This document shows positions 11,681 to 21,780 of a stretch of 30,390 nt of DNA, one piece after another. The position numbers and the translations under genes were made by a program. Below the pieces are notes generated by a model. That model was not told the origin of the DNA and made no database searches. It saw only the letters and a list, made by a program, of their open reading frames with translations. Each line of letters starts with the position of its first letter. The stretch's first letter is position 1. The stretch comes from Vitrella brassicaformis CCMP3155 (lineage: Eukaryota > Protista > Chromerida), in the NCBI GenBank assembly GCA_001179505.1, contig CDMY01000689.1, forward strand, positions 1 through 30,390, written 5' to 3'.

Positions 11681-12823
11681 CCTTCAGGGCCCATTCGTTG
11701 GGCGATTGAGAAAGTTACACTCACAGAAATGACAGTAAAAAGTCGACTAAAGGGCATAGGGCCTTGTGTGGCTCGCCATGCCGGGAGGGGAGAGGGGCCA
11801 GCGGTGCAGGAAGGCATCCGGGCAGCCAGGCAGCAAACAAAACCCACTCGCCACACACGGGTCGTACAAATGTTTTCGAGAGGCCGTGTAAGGCTTACAC
11901 GAGCCCCCCCTTTTATGCTTTTTTTTGGTACTATATGGTACACCTGCCCCTGGCCTCTCTCCCCCTCCAATTCGGTTGTCTCGCTACCACCACGAACCAC
12001 ACACATCCACACCATCCGCAAGGCGACCTCGCGCAACGCCTGCGGGCCTCCTGACTGTTGATCCTGATGGAGTTCCAGAGGCTCCCAGAAGGCTGAAGAA
12101 CTCCGCCGCCCATGAGGCCGCCTCTCACTGGGCGACGCCCTGGAACGCAAACCTTCTGCATCCACATATAGACACGCACATTAGGGAGAACTGACGCACG
12201 CAGCCTCCTGCCTACCGCGAGAGTCCGGTGTCCCAGCTCGGTCTACGTGCGTCGGGTTGGTGGTCTCTGGCGGGTCGTGTTCATCCCCTGGACACACCAC
12301 AACACGCGCACGCATTTTTCCCTGTGTATCTCCTCTTTGTGGATGACTGTCTGACTGTCTGTCTGTCTGTCTATCTATCGATTATGTTGAGTGGTACCTA
12401 TTTTGACGTTGTAGTCGTAGTCGCAGTCGCCGCTTGCCTTCTCGAACACCAAAATGCAAGGCCTCCGCACGCTTGTCGTTGGGCGAGCGGTGGGGTGGGC
12501 AGACAGACCACAAATGCATCTACATTCACGCAAATGGCAGACAGCAGGTCAGACACACACACAAATGGCACTCCATCCACTCCACACAAAGACGCTCTCC
12601 TCTCCACTCACATGGAGCCAGCATGGAAAAAGAACAAAGATCACGGCTCCCCTCCCTGAGAGCAACACGCAGTCCGACCATCCACCACACACACAGGCGC
12701 TCTCATGGCTCACACACCCCCTCCCCTCTCCCTCCCACGCGCAGCGCTGCTGGCTCAGAAGGTGTGGCGTGTTGTGCGCTCGAGATCCATCTGCATCGTC
12801 ATCTCGAGACACATACTGACAGA

Positions 12824-12886
12824 TCCATGGGTCGATTTGAAAAGAGCCATCCGGGATATAAAATGTAGCCAGCGATCAAGGCAAAC
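12824..12886. repeat. Dispersed ~55-65 bp non-coding element, copy 2
   Basis: tccatgggtcgatttgaaaagagccatccgggatataaaatgtagccagcgat, flanked by a 17-bp direct repeat cgcagcgctgctggctc (12740-12756 and 12886-12902). Confidence 0.85.
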
Positions 12887-13469
12887 GCAGCGCTGCTGGC
12901 TCGTTAGGTGTTGTGGCGTTCCTCCGCTCCCCTAGGCACCTCCTGTCGTGGGCGTGACGCTCACTCATTTGGCGGGGCGGGCGGGGCAGCAGCAGCAGTG
13001 GCCGCAGCCACACAGGGGGTTGACCCACGAGGGGCAGATCTTGTTCTCCTGGCCTGCGCCCGCCTCCTCCCCCTCGATGACGACCTCCCTGGCCTGCGGC
13101 GCGGGTGCCTGGCTGTTGGTTGTTGCTGGTGTGCTGGGAGGGCTCCTGGGGCGTGTGCTGAGGGGTCGTGGGGGTGGTGTCGCCGCCGCTGCTGGAGGGG
13201 TGGGCCTCGATGAAGGCGTCGATGGCGACGTTGACAGCCATGCCTCCCACCTTGAGCTCCGCCTGCAACAACGCCATCTTCTCGGCCATCTTCTGGGCCC
13301 CCTCCTCCTGCGCCCTCTCGAAGTCCCGGATCTCCTGCCGCGTCTTCTCCGCCCGCTCCTCCCGCTCCCGGAGCTCCTGCCGCGTCTTCTCAACTGCGGC
13401 CTCCTGAGCCTTCAGCTTCTCGAGCTGCTCCTGGCAAGTGGCACGACGGGCCTTGCGCTCCTTGGCCAG
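12876..13469 (-). CDS. J-domain/coiled-coil array gene, copy 1 (3' part only; 5' exons lost in the gap)
   Basis: Coiled-coil exon LAKERKARRATCQEQLEKLKAQE...LLQAELK (13469-13251) and AREVVIEGEEAG exon (from 13093) are near-identical to copies 2 and 3. The end is either read-through to 12965 (CGCGHCCCC tail) or splicing to the stop at 12876. Confidence 0.65.
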   Translation of the reverse strand: MAKERKARRATCQEQLEKLKAQEAAVEKTRQELREREERAEKTRQEIRDFERAQEEGAQKMAEKMALLQAELKVGGMAVNVAIDAFIEAHPSSSGGDTTPTTPQHTPQEPSQHTSNNQQPGTRAAGQGGRHRGGGGGRRPGEQDLPLVGQPPVWLRPLLLLPRPPRQMSERHAHDRRCLGERRNATTPNEPAALRLP

Positions 13470-13518
13470 CTGCAAGCCAGATGGACACCCAGGGAGAGAA
13501 CAGGGAGAGAAGGCACAC

Positions 13519-13818
13519 NNNNNNNNNNNNNNNNNNNNNNNNNNNNNNNNNNNNNNNNNNNNNNNNNNNNNNNNNNNNNNNNNNNNNNNNNNNNNNNNNN
13601 NNNNNNNNNNNNNNNNNNNNNNNNNNNNNNNNNNNNNNNNNNNNNNNNNNNNNNNNNNNNNNNNNNNNNNNNNNNNNNNNNNNNNNNNNNNNNNNNNNNN
13701 NNNNNNNNNNNNNNNNNNNNNNNNNNNNNNNNNNNNNNNNNNNNNNNNNNNNNNNNNNNNNNNNNNNNNNNNNNNNNNNNNNNNNNNNNNNNNNNNNNNN
13801 NNNNNNNNNNNNNNNNNN
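13519..13818. other. Assembly gap (300 N)
   Basis: Run of N; identical length to the second gap suggests a placeholder size. Confidence 1.
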
Positions 13819-13871
13819 AGAGTGAGGCTCTCGGCAAACAGGCAGCAATGGCGGCGAAAGTGCCGTGCTGA
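13819..13871 (+). CDS. Last-exon fragment of a third, inverted copy of the secreted coiled-coil gene
   Basis: Reads SEALGKQAAMAAKVPC*, identical to the C-terminus of copy B (stop 21728). 13819-13982 is the reverse complement of 21614-21780, including the 3' flank. Confidence 0.7.
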
Positions 13872-14279
13872 CTGATGGACTTATCGATGATCGACAGCAG
13901 ACAGACAGACAGACATCTCTTGACTCTGGTGGTAGTGGTGGGTTGAGAGACTGAGTGTCTGCATGTGATGTCAAGACGTACAGCTCTCACTCATTAATGA
14001 AATCTCTGATATGTTGTCCGTCCAGACGAGAGGAAAGATTGGATGGGCTGAAGTGTATTATTCACATGTGTCCCTCCCCTCCCCTCCCCTCCCCTCCCCC
14101 TGCACGAACCATCCTTCAGAGTCAGGCCACGCCGCTGCACAGTCAATCAGTTCACTCGACCCTCTCCCTCCCTCCCTCCCTCCCTCCCTCCAAATGGCAT
14201 CACCCTAGCTACTTACATGCTCCCACACCTGCACTATCATCGACCCACTCCCTCATAGTGGAACCGTATCACTATCTCT

Positions 14280-15395
14280 CTACACCGGCGCGGTCTGCTG
14301 CTCCTCCTGCCCCTCGTCGGCCTCTGTTGCCGCGGTGGTCTCGATGGTCGTCGATCTGCTGACACGGGCTCGCCCACGCGTGAGCCATTGGCGCGGCTCG
14401 GTCGTCACCGCACGCCTGACCGACACACAGCACAGCACAGCACAGCATAGTCCAGCCAGACGCCATCGATGGTTGCATCTTGTCATGTATGCGCACATCT
14501 TGAGTATCTTGCCGAAGAATGCAAAACACTGGTCTGACCTACCAGGGGCGCATCTTGCTCTCCTGGCCTCCGCCCGCCTCCTCCCCCTCGATGACGACCT
14601 CCCTGGCCTGCGGCGCGGGTGCCTGGCTGTTGGTTGTTGCTGGTGTGCTGGGAGGGCTCCTGGGGCGTGTGCTGAGGGGTCGTGGGGGTGGTGTCGCCGC
14701 CGCTGCTGGAGGGGTGGGCCTCGATGAAGGCGTCGATGGCGACGTTGACAGCCATGCCTCCCACCTTGAGCTCCGCCTGCAACAACGTCTTCTCGGCCAT
14801 CTTCTGGGCCCCCTCCTCCTGCGCCCTCTCGAACTCCCGGATCTCCTGCCGCGTCTTCTCCGCCCGCTCCTCCCGCTCCCGGAGCTCCTGCCGCGTCTTC
14901 TCAACTGCGGCCTCCTGAGCCTTCAGCTTCTCGAGCTGCTCCTGGCAAGTGGCACGACGGGCCTTGCGCTCCTTGGCCAGCTGCAAGCCAGATGGACACC
15001 CAGGGAGAGAACAGGGAGAGAAGGCACACACACAGATCTTTCACTTGCGCATGCATCCCCGCTCTCATCGCCATCTGTACCGGGTGTGGGCGTCCGAAGC
15101 ATCCCTTGGCCCCCTCCTCCCACTTGTGCACCCTCTCGAGCAGGTCGCGGGCATCCTTCAACGCTATAAACGCGCTGCCGTCACCGCCCTTATCGGGGTG
15201 TTTGTAGTCGCCGGACTGCACACACAGCCAGCACATTCAGCCAGCCACCAGCTCTCACGCCCGCCCCCAGTGCACGTGTGGACGTACCAGCGCCTTTTTC
15301 TTGTAAGCCTTCTTGGCCTCCTCCCACTCCGTGAACCACTTGACGCCCAGCGTCTCGCTGGCGGCCTGGGCGCCACTGAGGTCTCCTGGGCCTTC
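14280..15395 (-). CDS. J-domain/coiled-coil array gene, copy 2 (HPDKGG; native N-terminus replaced)
   Basis: Exons ~15395-15288 (LGVKWFTEWEEAKKAYKKKAL), 15215-15081 (SGDYKHPDKGGDGSAFIALKDARDLLER), 14980-14765 (coiled coil), 14607-14543 and 14415-14280 (TTIETTAATEADEGQEEQQTAPV*) give consistent phases. Confidence 0.75.
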
Positions 15396-15492
15396 AGCTC
15401 CTCCCGCATCTTCTGGGCCCGCTCCTCCTGCGCCCTCTCGAACTTCCGGAGCTCCTCCCGCGTCTCCGCAATCGCGGCCTCTTGGGCCGTCA
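15380..15492 (-). repeat. Diverged extra coiled-coil exon fragment fused to copy 2
   Basis: TAQEAAIAETREELRKFERAQEERAQKMREELKAQE resembles the coiled-coil exon but abuts the J exon directly. Confidence 0.75.
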
Positions 15493-15792
15493 NNNNNNNN
15501 NNNNNNNNNNNNNNNNNNNNNNNNNNNNNNNNNNNNNNNNNNNNNNNNNNNNNNNNNNNNNNNNNNNNNNNNNNNNNNNNNNNNNNNNNNNNNNNNNNNN
15601 NNNNNNNNNNNNNNNNNNNNNNNNNNNNNNNNNNNNNNNNNNNNNNNNNNNNNNNNNNNNNNNNNNNNNNNNNNNNNNNNNNNNNNNNNNNNNNNNNNNN
15701 NNNNNNNNNNNNNNNNNNNNNNNNNNNNNNNNNNNNNNNNNNNNNNNNNNNNNNNNNNNNNNNNNNNNNNNNNNNNNNNNNNNNNNNNNNNN
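15493..15792. other. Assembly gap (300 N)
   Basis: Run of N. Confidence 1.
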
Positions 15793-16747
15793 AGCCAGAC
15801 GCCATCGATGGTTGCATCTTGTCATGTATGCGCACATCTTGAGTATCTTGCCGAAGAATGCAAAACACTGGTCTGACCTACCAGGGGCGCATCTTGCTCT
15901 CCTGGCCTCCGCCCGCCTCCTCCCCCTCGATGACGACCTCCCTGGCCTGCGGCGCGGGTGCCTGGCTGTTGGTTGTTGCTGGTGTGCTGGGAGGGCTCCT
16001 GGGGAGTGTGCTGGGGGGTCGTGGGGGTGGTGTCGCCGCTGCTGGTAAGGGTGGCCTCTATGAAGGCGTCGATGGCGACGTTGACAGCCATGCCTCCCAC
16101 CTTGAGCTCCGCCTGCAACAACGCCATCTTCTCGGCCATCTTCTGGGCCCCCTCCTCCTGCGCCCTCTCGAACTCCCGGATCTCCTGCCGCGTCTTCTCC
16201 GCCCGCTCCTCCCGCTCCCGGAGCTCCTGCCGCGTCTTCTCAACTGCGGCCTCCTGAGCCTTCAGCTTCTCGAGCTGCTCCTGGCACGTGGCACGACGGG
16301 CCTTGCGCTCCTTGGCCAGCTGCAAGCCAGATGGACACCCAGGGAGAGAAGACACACACACAGATCTTTCACTTGCGCATGCATTCCCGCTCACATCGCC
16401 ATCCGTACCGGGTGTGTGCGTCCTAAGCATCCCTTGGCCCTCTCCTCCCACTTGTGCACCCTCTCGAGCAGGTCGCGGGCCTCCTTCAACGCTACGAACG
16501 CGCTGCCGTCCCCTCCCTCATCAGGGTGCTTGTAGTCGCCGGACTGCACACACAGCCAGCACATTCAGCCAGCCACCAGCTCTCACGCCCGCCCTCATTG
16601 CACATCCGGACTTACCAGCGCCTTCTTCTTGTATGCCTTCTTGGCCTCCTCCCACTCCGTGAACCAGTTGACGCCCAGCTTCTGGCTAGCGGCCTGGGCG
16701 CCACTGAGGTCTCCTGGCTCGAGCTGAGGGCTGCTGCAGTTTCCCAT
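15793..16747 (-). CDS. J-domain/coiled-coil array gene, copy 3 (MGNCSS start, HPDEGG; last exon presumably in the gap)
   Basis: Exon 1 16747-16616 = MGNCSSPQLEPGDLSGAQAASQKLGVNWFTEWEEAKKAYKKKAL|gtaagt. Exon 2 from 16543 = SGDYKHPDEGGDGSAFVALKEARDLLER. Coiled-coil exon 16319-16101; next exon 15946-15882. Confidence 0.8.
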
Positions 16748-17022
16748 GATGCTTTCGGCAATCGGAGCCGTGTTTCACGGGCGCGAGCCAAGCCGCTAGA
16801 GAGAGAGGCGCCATGTCTGTCGCCCAGCGGTCTCGCTGCTGCATTCTTCTCCACCCTCCATCGTTCCTTCCTCACTTCAATCTCCAACGAGCCATCCATC
16901 CATCTCGGAGTCCGCTGTCCACATGCCGTGTTTGCATCTTCTTCTGCTCGGCCCGTCCATCTCCCTTCGTTCGTGTGGTTGCAGCTCAGCCCCAAAGAGG
17001 ACTAGATCACACAGCCGCCGTC

Positions 17023-18904
17023 ATGTCGAAGCTGGTCCTGTTGGCCCTCGCTCTCGCGACCTCTGCGGTGTCATCGGTAAGTGACTGACAGCAGCTGAGG
17101 GAGGCCTGCTGTACAGTACACCTGTCCTGATGATTGATTTGTGTGTGTGGCTCTCATTTCTCACTCAGGCACCCGCTCTGGGCGGGAACCTCGCAAGCTG
17201 CAATTTGGCATCCCTACCTAGCATCCCTCCCCCCAGCATCCCCAACATCGACAGATCGGTGAGCGACATCGTCAACGACGCCGCCCAGGGGGTCCGGGAT
17301 GCTGCTGAACGAGCAAGACAAGAAGTCGCTGAGATACGCGAGCCGCAGCAAGAGGTCCAGGAGGCGCCGCAGGCAGTGCGGGACGCCGTTGACCGAATCA
17401 ACCCGTTCCGGAGGCTGCAGTTCGGAGGCGTCTCTATGCCTTCGGTCCCTGCGCCTTCGTTCTCTGTGCCTGGTCCCCCTTCCGTCAATGACGTGGTCGA
17501 CGCTGCGCGGGACGCCACGCGGCCTGTGGGGGAAGCAGCAGAGAACGTTGTCGACGGGGCGCGGGATGCTGCTAATGCTGCCAACGACGTCCGCTCAAGA
17601 GCGCAAGACCGCCTTGCAGAAGTTCGCGACGAGCTGGTGGACGTCACTAAATTCGACGACTTTGTGCGGGAGTGCACGAATCGGGCGGAGGTCAAGGCGG
17701 ACGTCAATGGGAGATACGAGCCGCGATGCAGTGCTGATGTTGGAAGCTTTCCATGCGGCGAAGTCTTCTGGAGTGAGGGAGGGAGGGAGGGAGGGAGGGG
17801 CACACCAGACAGACGGCTCATGTCACCACATGAGGTGTGTGTGTGTTTGTGTGACTGTGTGGTGGTGTAGGTGATGTGGTTGAGTACGACGACTACCTTG
17901 GTGGAGTGGACGCCGTCGTCAAGGACGTGTTGGGCGGCATGGGGGCCTTCACGATCGCCTGGATGGTGCAGCAGGTGCAGCAGCAGATCGAGACCATCTC
18001 TCGCAACATGGGCGAGAGGGCCGACGGGCTCATCGACTACATCACTGACGACTTCATCGAGGACCTCGTCAAGAACCCTGGCCAGATGATGGAGCGTGTG
18101 AGGCAGAATATGAAGATGGACATCGTGTTTGAGGTGGCGACCTACAACAAGGGGCAGTGCATCTCCGTCCCTGCGGTTCCCGGTGTGAGGATGCAACGGA
18201 GGAGCGCATTCCAATGCCGAACATTTGGCCTTCTGGATCTATCACGAGTAGAAGTAGACGATGGTGGATCGTTGTTTGTTCATGTGGCTGACCGGCTGGT
18301 GCTCCAGCCGGCCGGGATTGTTTGTACGTGTCTGTCTGTCTGTTCATTTGGTTGTCATATCTATCGTGCGGGTGTTTAATCTTCGTACGTATCGACGGCG
18401 GCCTTTTCTTTCCGCCGGTGCGTGTTGTGTCGTGTGGTGTTGTGGGTGGCTGGCGAGGCAATCTGGCCACGAGATCGATCAGCCCACCCATGTGTATTCC
18501 GTGCAGTTAGGCACCTCGTGTGATTTATGGGTGTGTTGTGTGGCTTGGACGTTCGTACAGTACCGTTGTTGTAGAGACAGCTGAGCTGGCCCGGCCCATC
18601 CAAGAGAAGAGCGGTTGCGGCACGCGTGTCCGCCCCGCCCTCCCCTGTGTGTGTCGTACTGACTGTCTGAATGGCTGTCTGTGGTTGCTGTATGTGTCTT
18701 GTCGTACGTGTACGTGCCTATCACACCTGCGCCTCGTGTGTGTCTATCTGTTCAGTGCCTAAGTGCGTGGCATACTTAAGAGAGGGCATCCCTCCATGGC
18801 CCTCGCTGCCTGACGTGATCGATCGCAGTGCGTGTGTGGGGACTGTGGGTGTGCCTGGACTGGAAGTGCCGTCCATCTGCTGCATGAGTGATGCTCTTAT
18901 GTGA
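17023..18904 (+). CDS. Secreted hypothetical protein: signal peptide, two Pro-rich + amphipathic helical repeats, Cys-containing C-terminal region
   Basis: Exon 1 17023-17076 MSKLVLLALALATSAVSS|gtaagt; exon 2 from 17169 in phase 0; exon 3 from 17871 (DVVEYDDYLGG...GQCISVPAVP). Exons after ~18180 and the stop at 18904 are tentative. Confidence 0.75.
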
Positions 18905-19598
18905 TTCGTGAGATAGGTGGCTGATAGCTAGTGTCATCTCCATGTGCTGCTGGATCTCGTCTGTCTGTGGAATGCGAACCTGGGACCTTGAGACGACCAT
19001 CAATACATCGATCATAATTATCGCTCTCTGTCACTGTTGCCAATGCGTTAGGTGACCACAACAAACACAGAATCTCTCTCTCATCTGGCCATCGCTGCAT
19101 TCATTCACTCACCGCTCCTTCGTCGGCTGCCTGGGAAGGTACGTGTCTGCTTCGTGTCTCCTTGCTTGTCTATTTCAGTCAATGCATCATTGGTTTGTGT
19201 CCCGCTGCTCGCCAGCGTGGTACTAGCTACGGCCCACCCATTATCCCTACGTTCAATTGCATGATAGTGCTCGTCAGGGCGCGTCCATCGCCACCACCAC
19301 CCAAAAACCCGGCGGACGACAGACACCTAATGGCTCATTTGATTGCATCATAATTCTAGCTGTGCACGTGTGTGTGTGTGTGTCCCGCGGGGTGTCAGGT
19401 TGTCGGGGAGTGTGACCATTTGTTATTGTTGACCAGCCAGGAGCTACAAGTGAATGGGTGGGGTGTGCGTGACACATGAAGACCCATCTATGCACTCACT
19501 GTTGACATGGAGGAGTTGCCTTGACGCACAGACCGTCCATTCACTCGTGGCACTGATCTACATCTATGGTAGGTATCAAGAAGGCTGTGGAATGTCCG

Positions 19599-21286
19599 TC
19601 ACTCGTCAGTCAGCTGGGACACCCACGCCTCTGTGCATAGGCAGGGAGGTGGCATCTCCTCCGGAATTCCACCACCCTGCAGCACAACCTGCACACAAGC
19701 GCAACACAACAAGCGCCATTCATCCGCCGCACATGTCAGATTGTGTGTGGTTATGTGTGTCTCACTGCTCTCACGTACTGGGAATGGTGTGCTGGCGGCG
19801 ATGTTGCGCTGGGCCTCTCCCCCTATGCCAACCGGTGTCTCGCCGCCTGCGTGCAACAGGGCCGCGTAGTCAGGTTTCTTGGCCTGGGGTGTCTCCCCTG
19901 GCTGCGTCCCCGGCGGCGTCTGACGCCACACGGCCGTCAGTCCCTTGGCTAGATTTCCCTTCCCCTTGGCGCTGATGTTGCTACCCACAACCCGTCCCTC
20001 CTGCCCTTGCTCGAGTGTCTTCGCTCCGCCGTGTGGTGGGAAGATCTGCCTTCGCCCCTGGCCCCCCCTGTGTGCCTTCCGTGGTTTGCCCTTCTTTCTG
20101 CCGATGCTGCTGGTCGTTTTGTGGTGGTTGGCTGCGGGAATGGGAGGGGCGGCTGCGTCGTTGAATGGTGTGCTCGGGAGTGTGTCGGTCTGTGTCTGCT
20201 GTGTGCCGTTGGTCTTGGCGTCTCCCGGTGTGATGTCGGTCTGGTTGGATGCACACAGCACCGGACCCCCACTTACACTCGAGCCGGCGCCAGCGGAATG
20301 AACAGACAGCTGACATACAAAACAATACAAGCCAAAAGATGTGTGCACCCACCACCAACGGCCCCGTGTGTCGTCTGTGTGGCGTACCTGGTAGGTAGGC
20401 GACGGCAGGAGAGACGGGGCGTCCCCAACGACTCCGACACCAACCATCCCCACTCCCAACCCCCTGCCCCTCCCGCCACTCGCACGAGCGGGCCCACGCC
20501 ACCCACCACGCGGAGGGGGTGGAATGGGAGGACGTTTCGTCTTGAATGAGGGTAGGTTGGTGATGGGACGCTTGGCGGTGGTGGTGGTGGAGGTTGATAG
20601 CACCTTCCCCTGAGACACAACGCGACAGAACACACATGTTGCCCAACCGACAACCAAAGCCCTCTCTTTGGTGGATGCCGTGGAGTCGTTACATGGGGGG
20701 GTGCCGCTGCAGCGAGCACGTCGGTATAGGCCTTGGCCGTGGCTGCAGCGACGTCAAGGCCCACCTCGCCAACTCCTCCTTTCGCCTCTCCACCGCCCTC
20801 GGGAGGACTGACCGCAACGCTGCAGATGGTGATGGTGGTGCTGCTGCTGGTGGTGCGGCGCGTCAATACGTGCGTCAATGGCAGGTTGGGTGTGGTGAGA
20901 CCCGAGGTGTCGGTGGGTGTGGGGGGCGTCTTCAAGTTGAGATGCTTCAGAACCTGCCGATGGAGCAGCCCCGCGGTCTGCATCACCTTGACGGGTATCA
21001 GATCCGTCAGCTCAATCGCGGCCTTGCATAGCGAACAGGTGCGGGAAGGGGGTGGCACGCTTGTTCCCCCCCCCTTCCCGCACACCTTGCACTTTGAACA
21101 GGTGATCTGCCCGCCGCTCTGTGGCTGCTTGAGCTTCTTGCCGATGCACTCGACGTGATAGGTCGCGTCGCAGCACTTGGGCCGGCAGATCTCCTGATCG
21201 GCCTTCTTGTCCTCAGCCATCCCCACAACGTTGCTGGCCTTCGTGTCGGTGGATTGGCACAAACGGCAAAGGGGCGGCGGCGGCAT
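19599..21286 (-). CDS. C4HC3-type (RING-variant/PHD-like) zinc-finger protein with long low-complexity tail, four exons
   Basis: CRLC...CRPKCCDATYHVEC...CSKC/CSLC at the N-terminus. Exons 21286-20648, 20609-20388, 20309-19779 and 19688-19599 are all multiples of 3 with GT-AG ends. Confidence 0.78.
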
Positions 21287-21613
21287 GGTGAGGAAAGAAT
21301 CCTGAAGAAAGAGCGAGGTGATCTCCTTGAAAAACCGATTCCGTTTACAAGAATCTTGGCCGAATGATACGCGCGCTGCATCGTTTCCCTCTCAATGACT
21401 ATGGCGCATTGGTCGGCGTCACATCACACACGTACTGACCGGTCCATCTGGCTATGCAATGCGCACCTTGCCCGCCACTTAAGCTTCAAAGTTCAGCGCG
21501 CTCGCACTCAACACACCAGCAAACACAGCAGAGGGCTCCTCTGTTCACCTCCACATTGCCATTCTGCACATGCTCTGTGTGTGTGTGTGTGCGTCTTCGG
21601 TTGTCAGGGAGAG

Positions 21614-21780
21614 TGTACGTCTTGACATCACATGCAGACACTCAGTCTCTCAACCCATAACCACCACCACCAGAGTGAAGAGATGTCTGTCTGTCTGTCT
21701 GCTGTCGATCATCGATAAGTCCATCAGTCAGCACGGCACTTTCGCCGCCATTGCTGCCTGTTTGCCGAGAGCCTCACTCT
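21614..21780. repeat. Inverted repeat partner of 13819-13982
   Basis: Reverse complement matches agagtgaggctctcggcaaacagg...gtcaagacgtaca with few differences. Confidence 0.92.

Noticed and set aside
11535-11756. agaaatgac...gacta similarity at ~11541 and ~11725 as C/D-box snoRNA
   Set aside because: C-like and D-like boxes are under 10 nt apart with no terminal stem; similarity is too short to support.
12948-13871. 307-aa ORF and other ORFs spanning the N gaps
   Set aside because: Artefacts of translating N runs; they join unrelated flanks.
15192-15200. HPDKGG as evidence of polyomavirus T antigen or Pam18
   Set aside because: The motif is shared by many J proteins. The gene has host-type introns and lacks the T-antigen helicase/origin-binding domains and the Pam18 TM segment.
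12876-16747. Repeats interspersed with unique sequence as a CRISPR-like array
   Set aside because: Units are ~1.3-kb spliced genes; there is no short repeat-spacer periodicity and no cas genes.
13819-21780. Inverted repeats as TIRs of a 7.6-kb DNA transposon
   Set aside because: The repeat is the last coding exon plus 3' flank of a host gene, and no transposase motif or TSD is seen between or around the copies.
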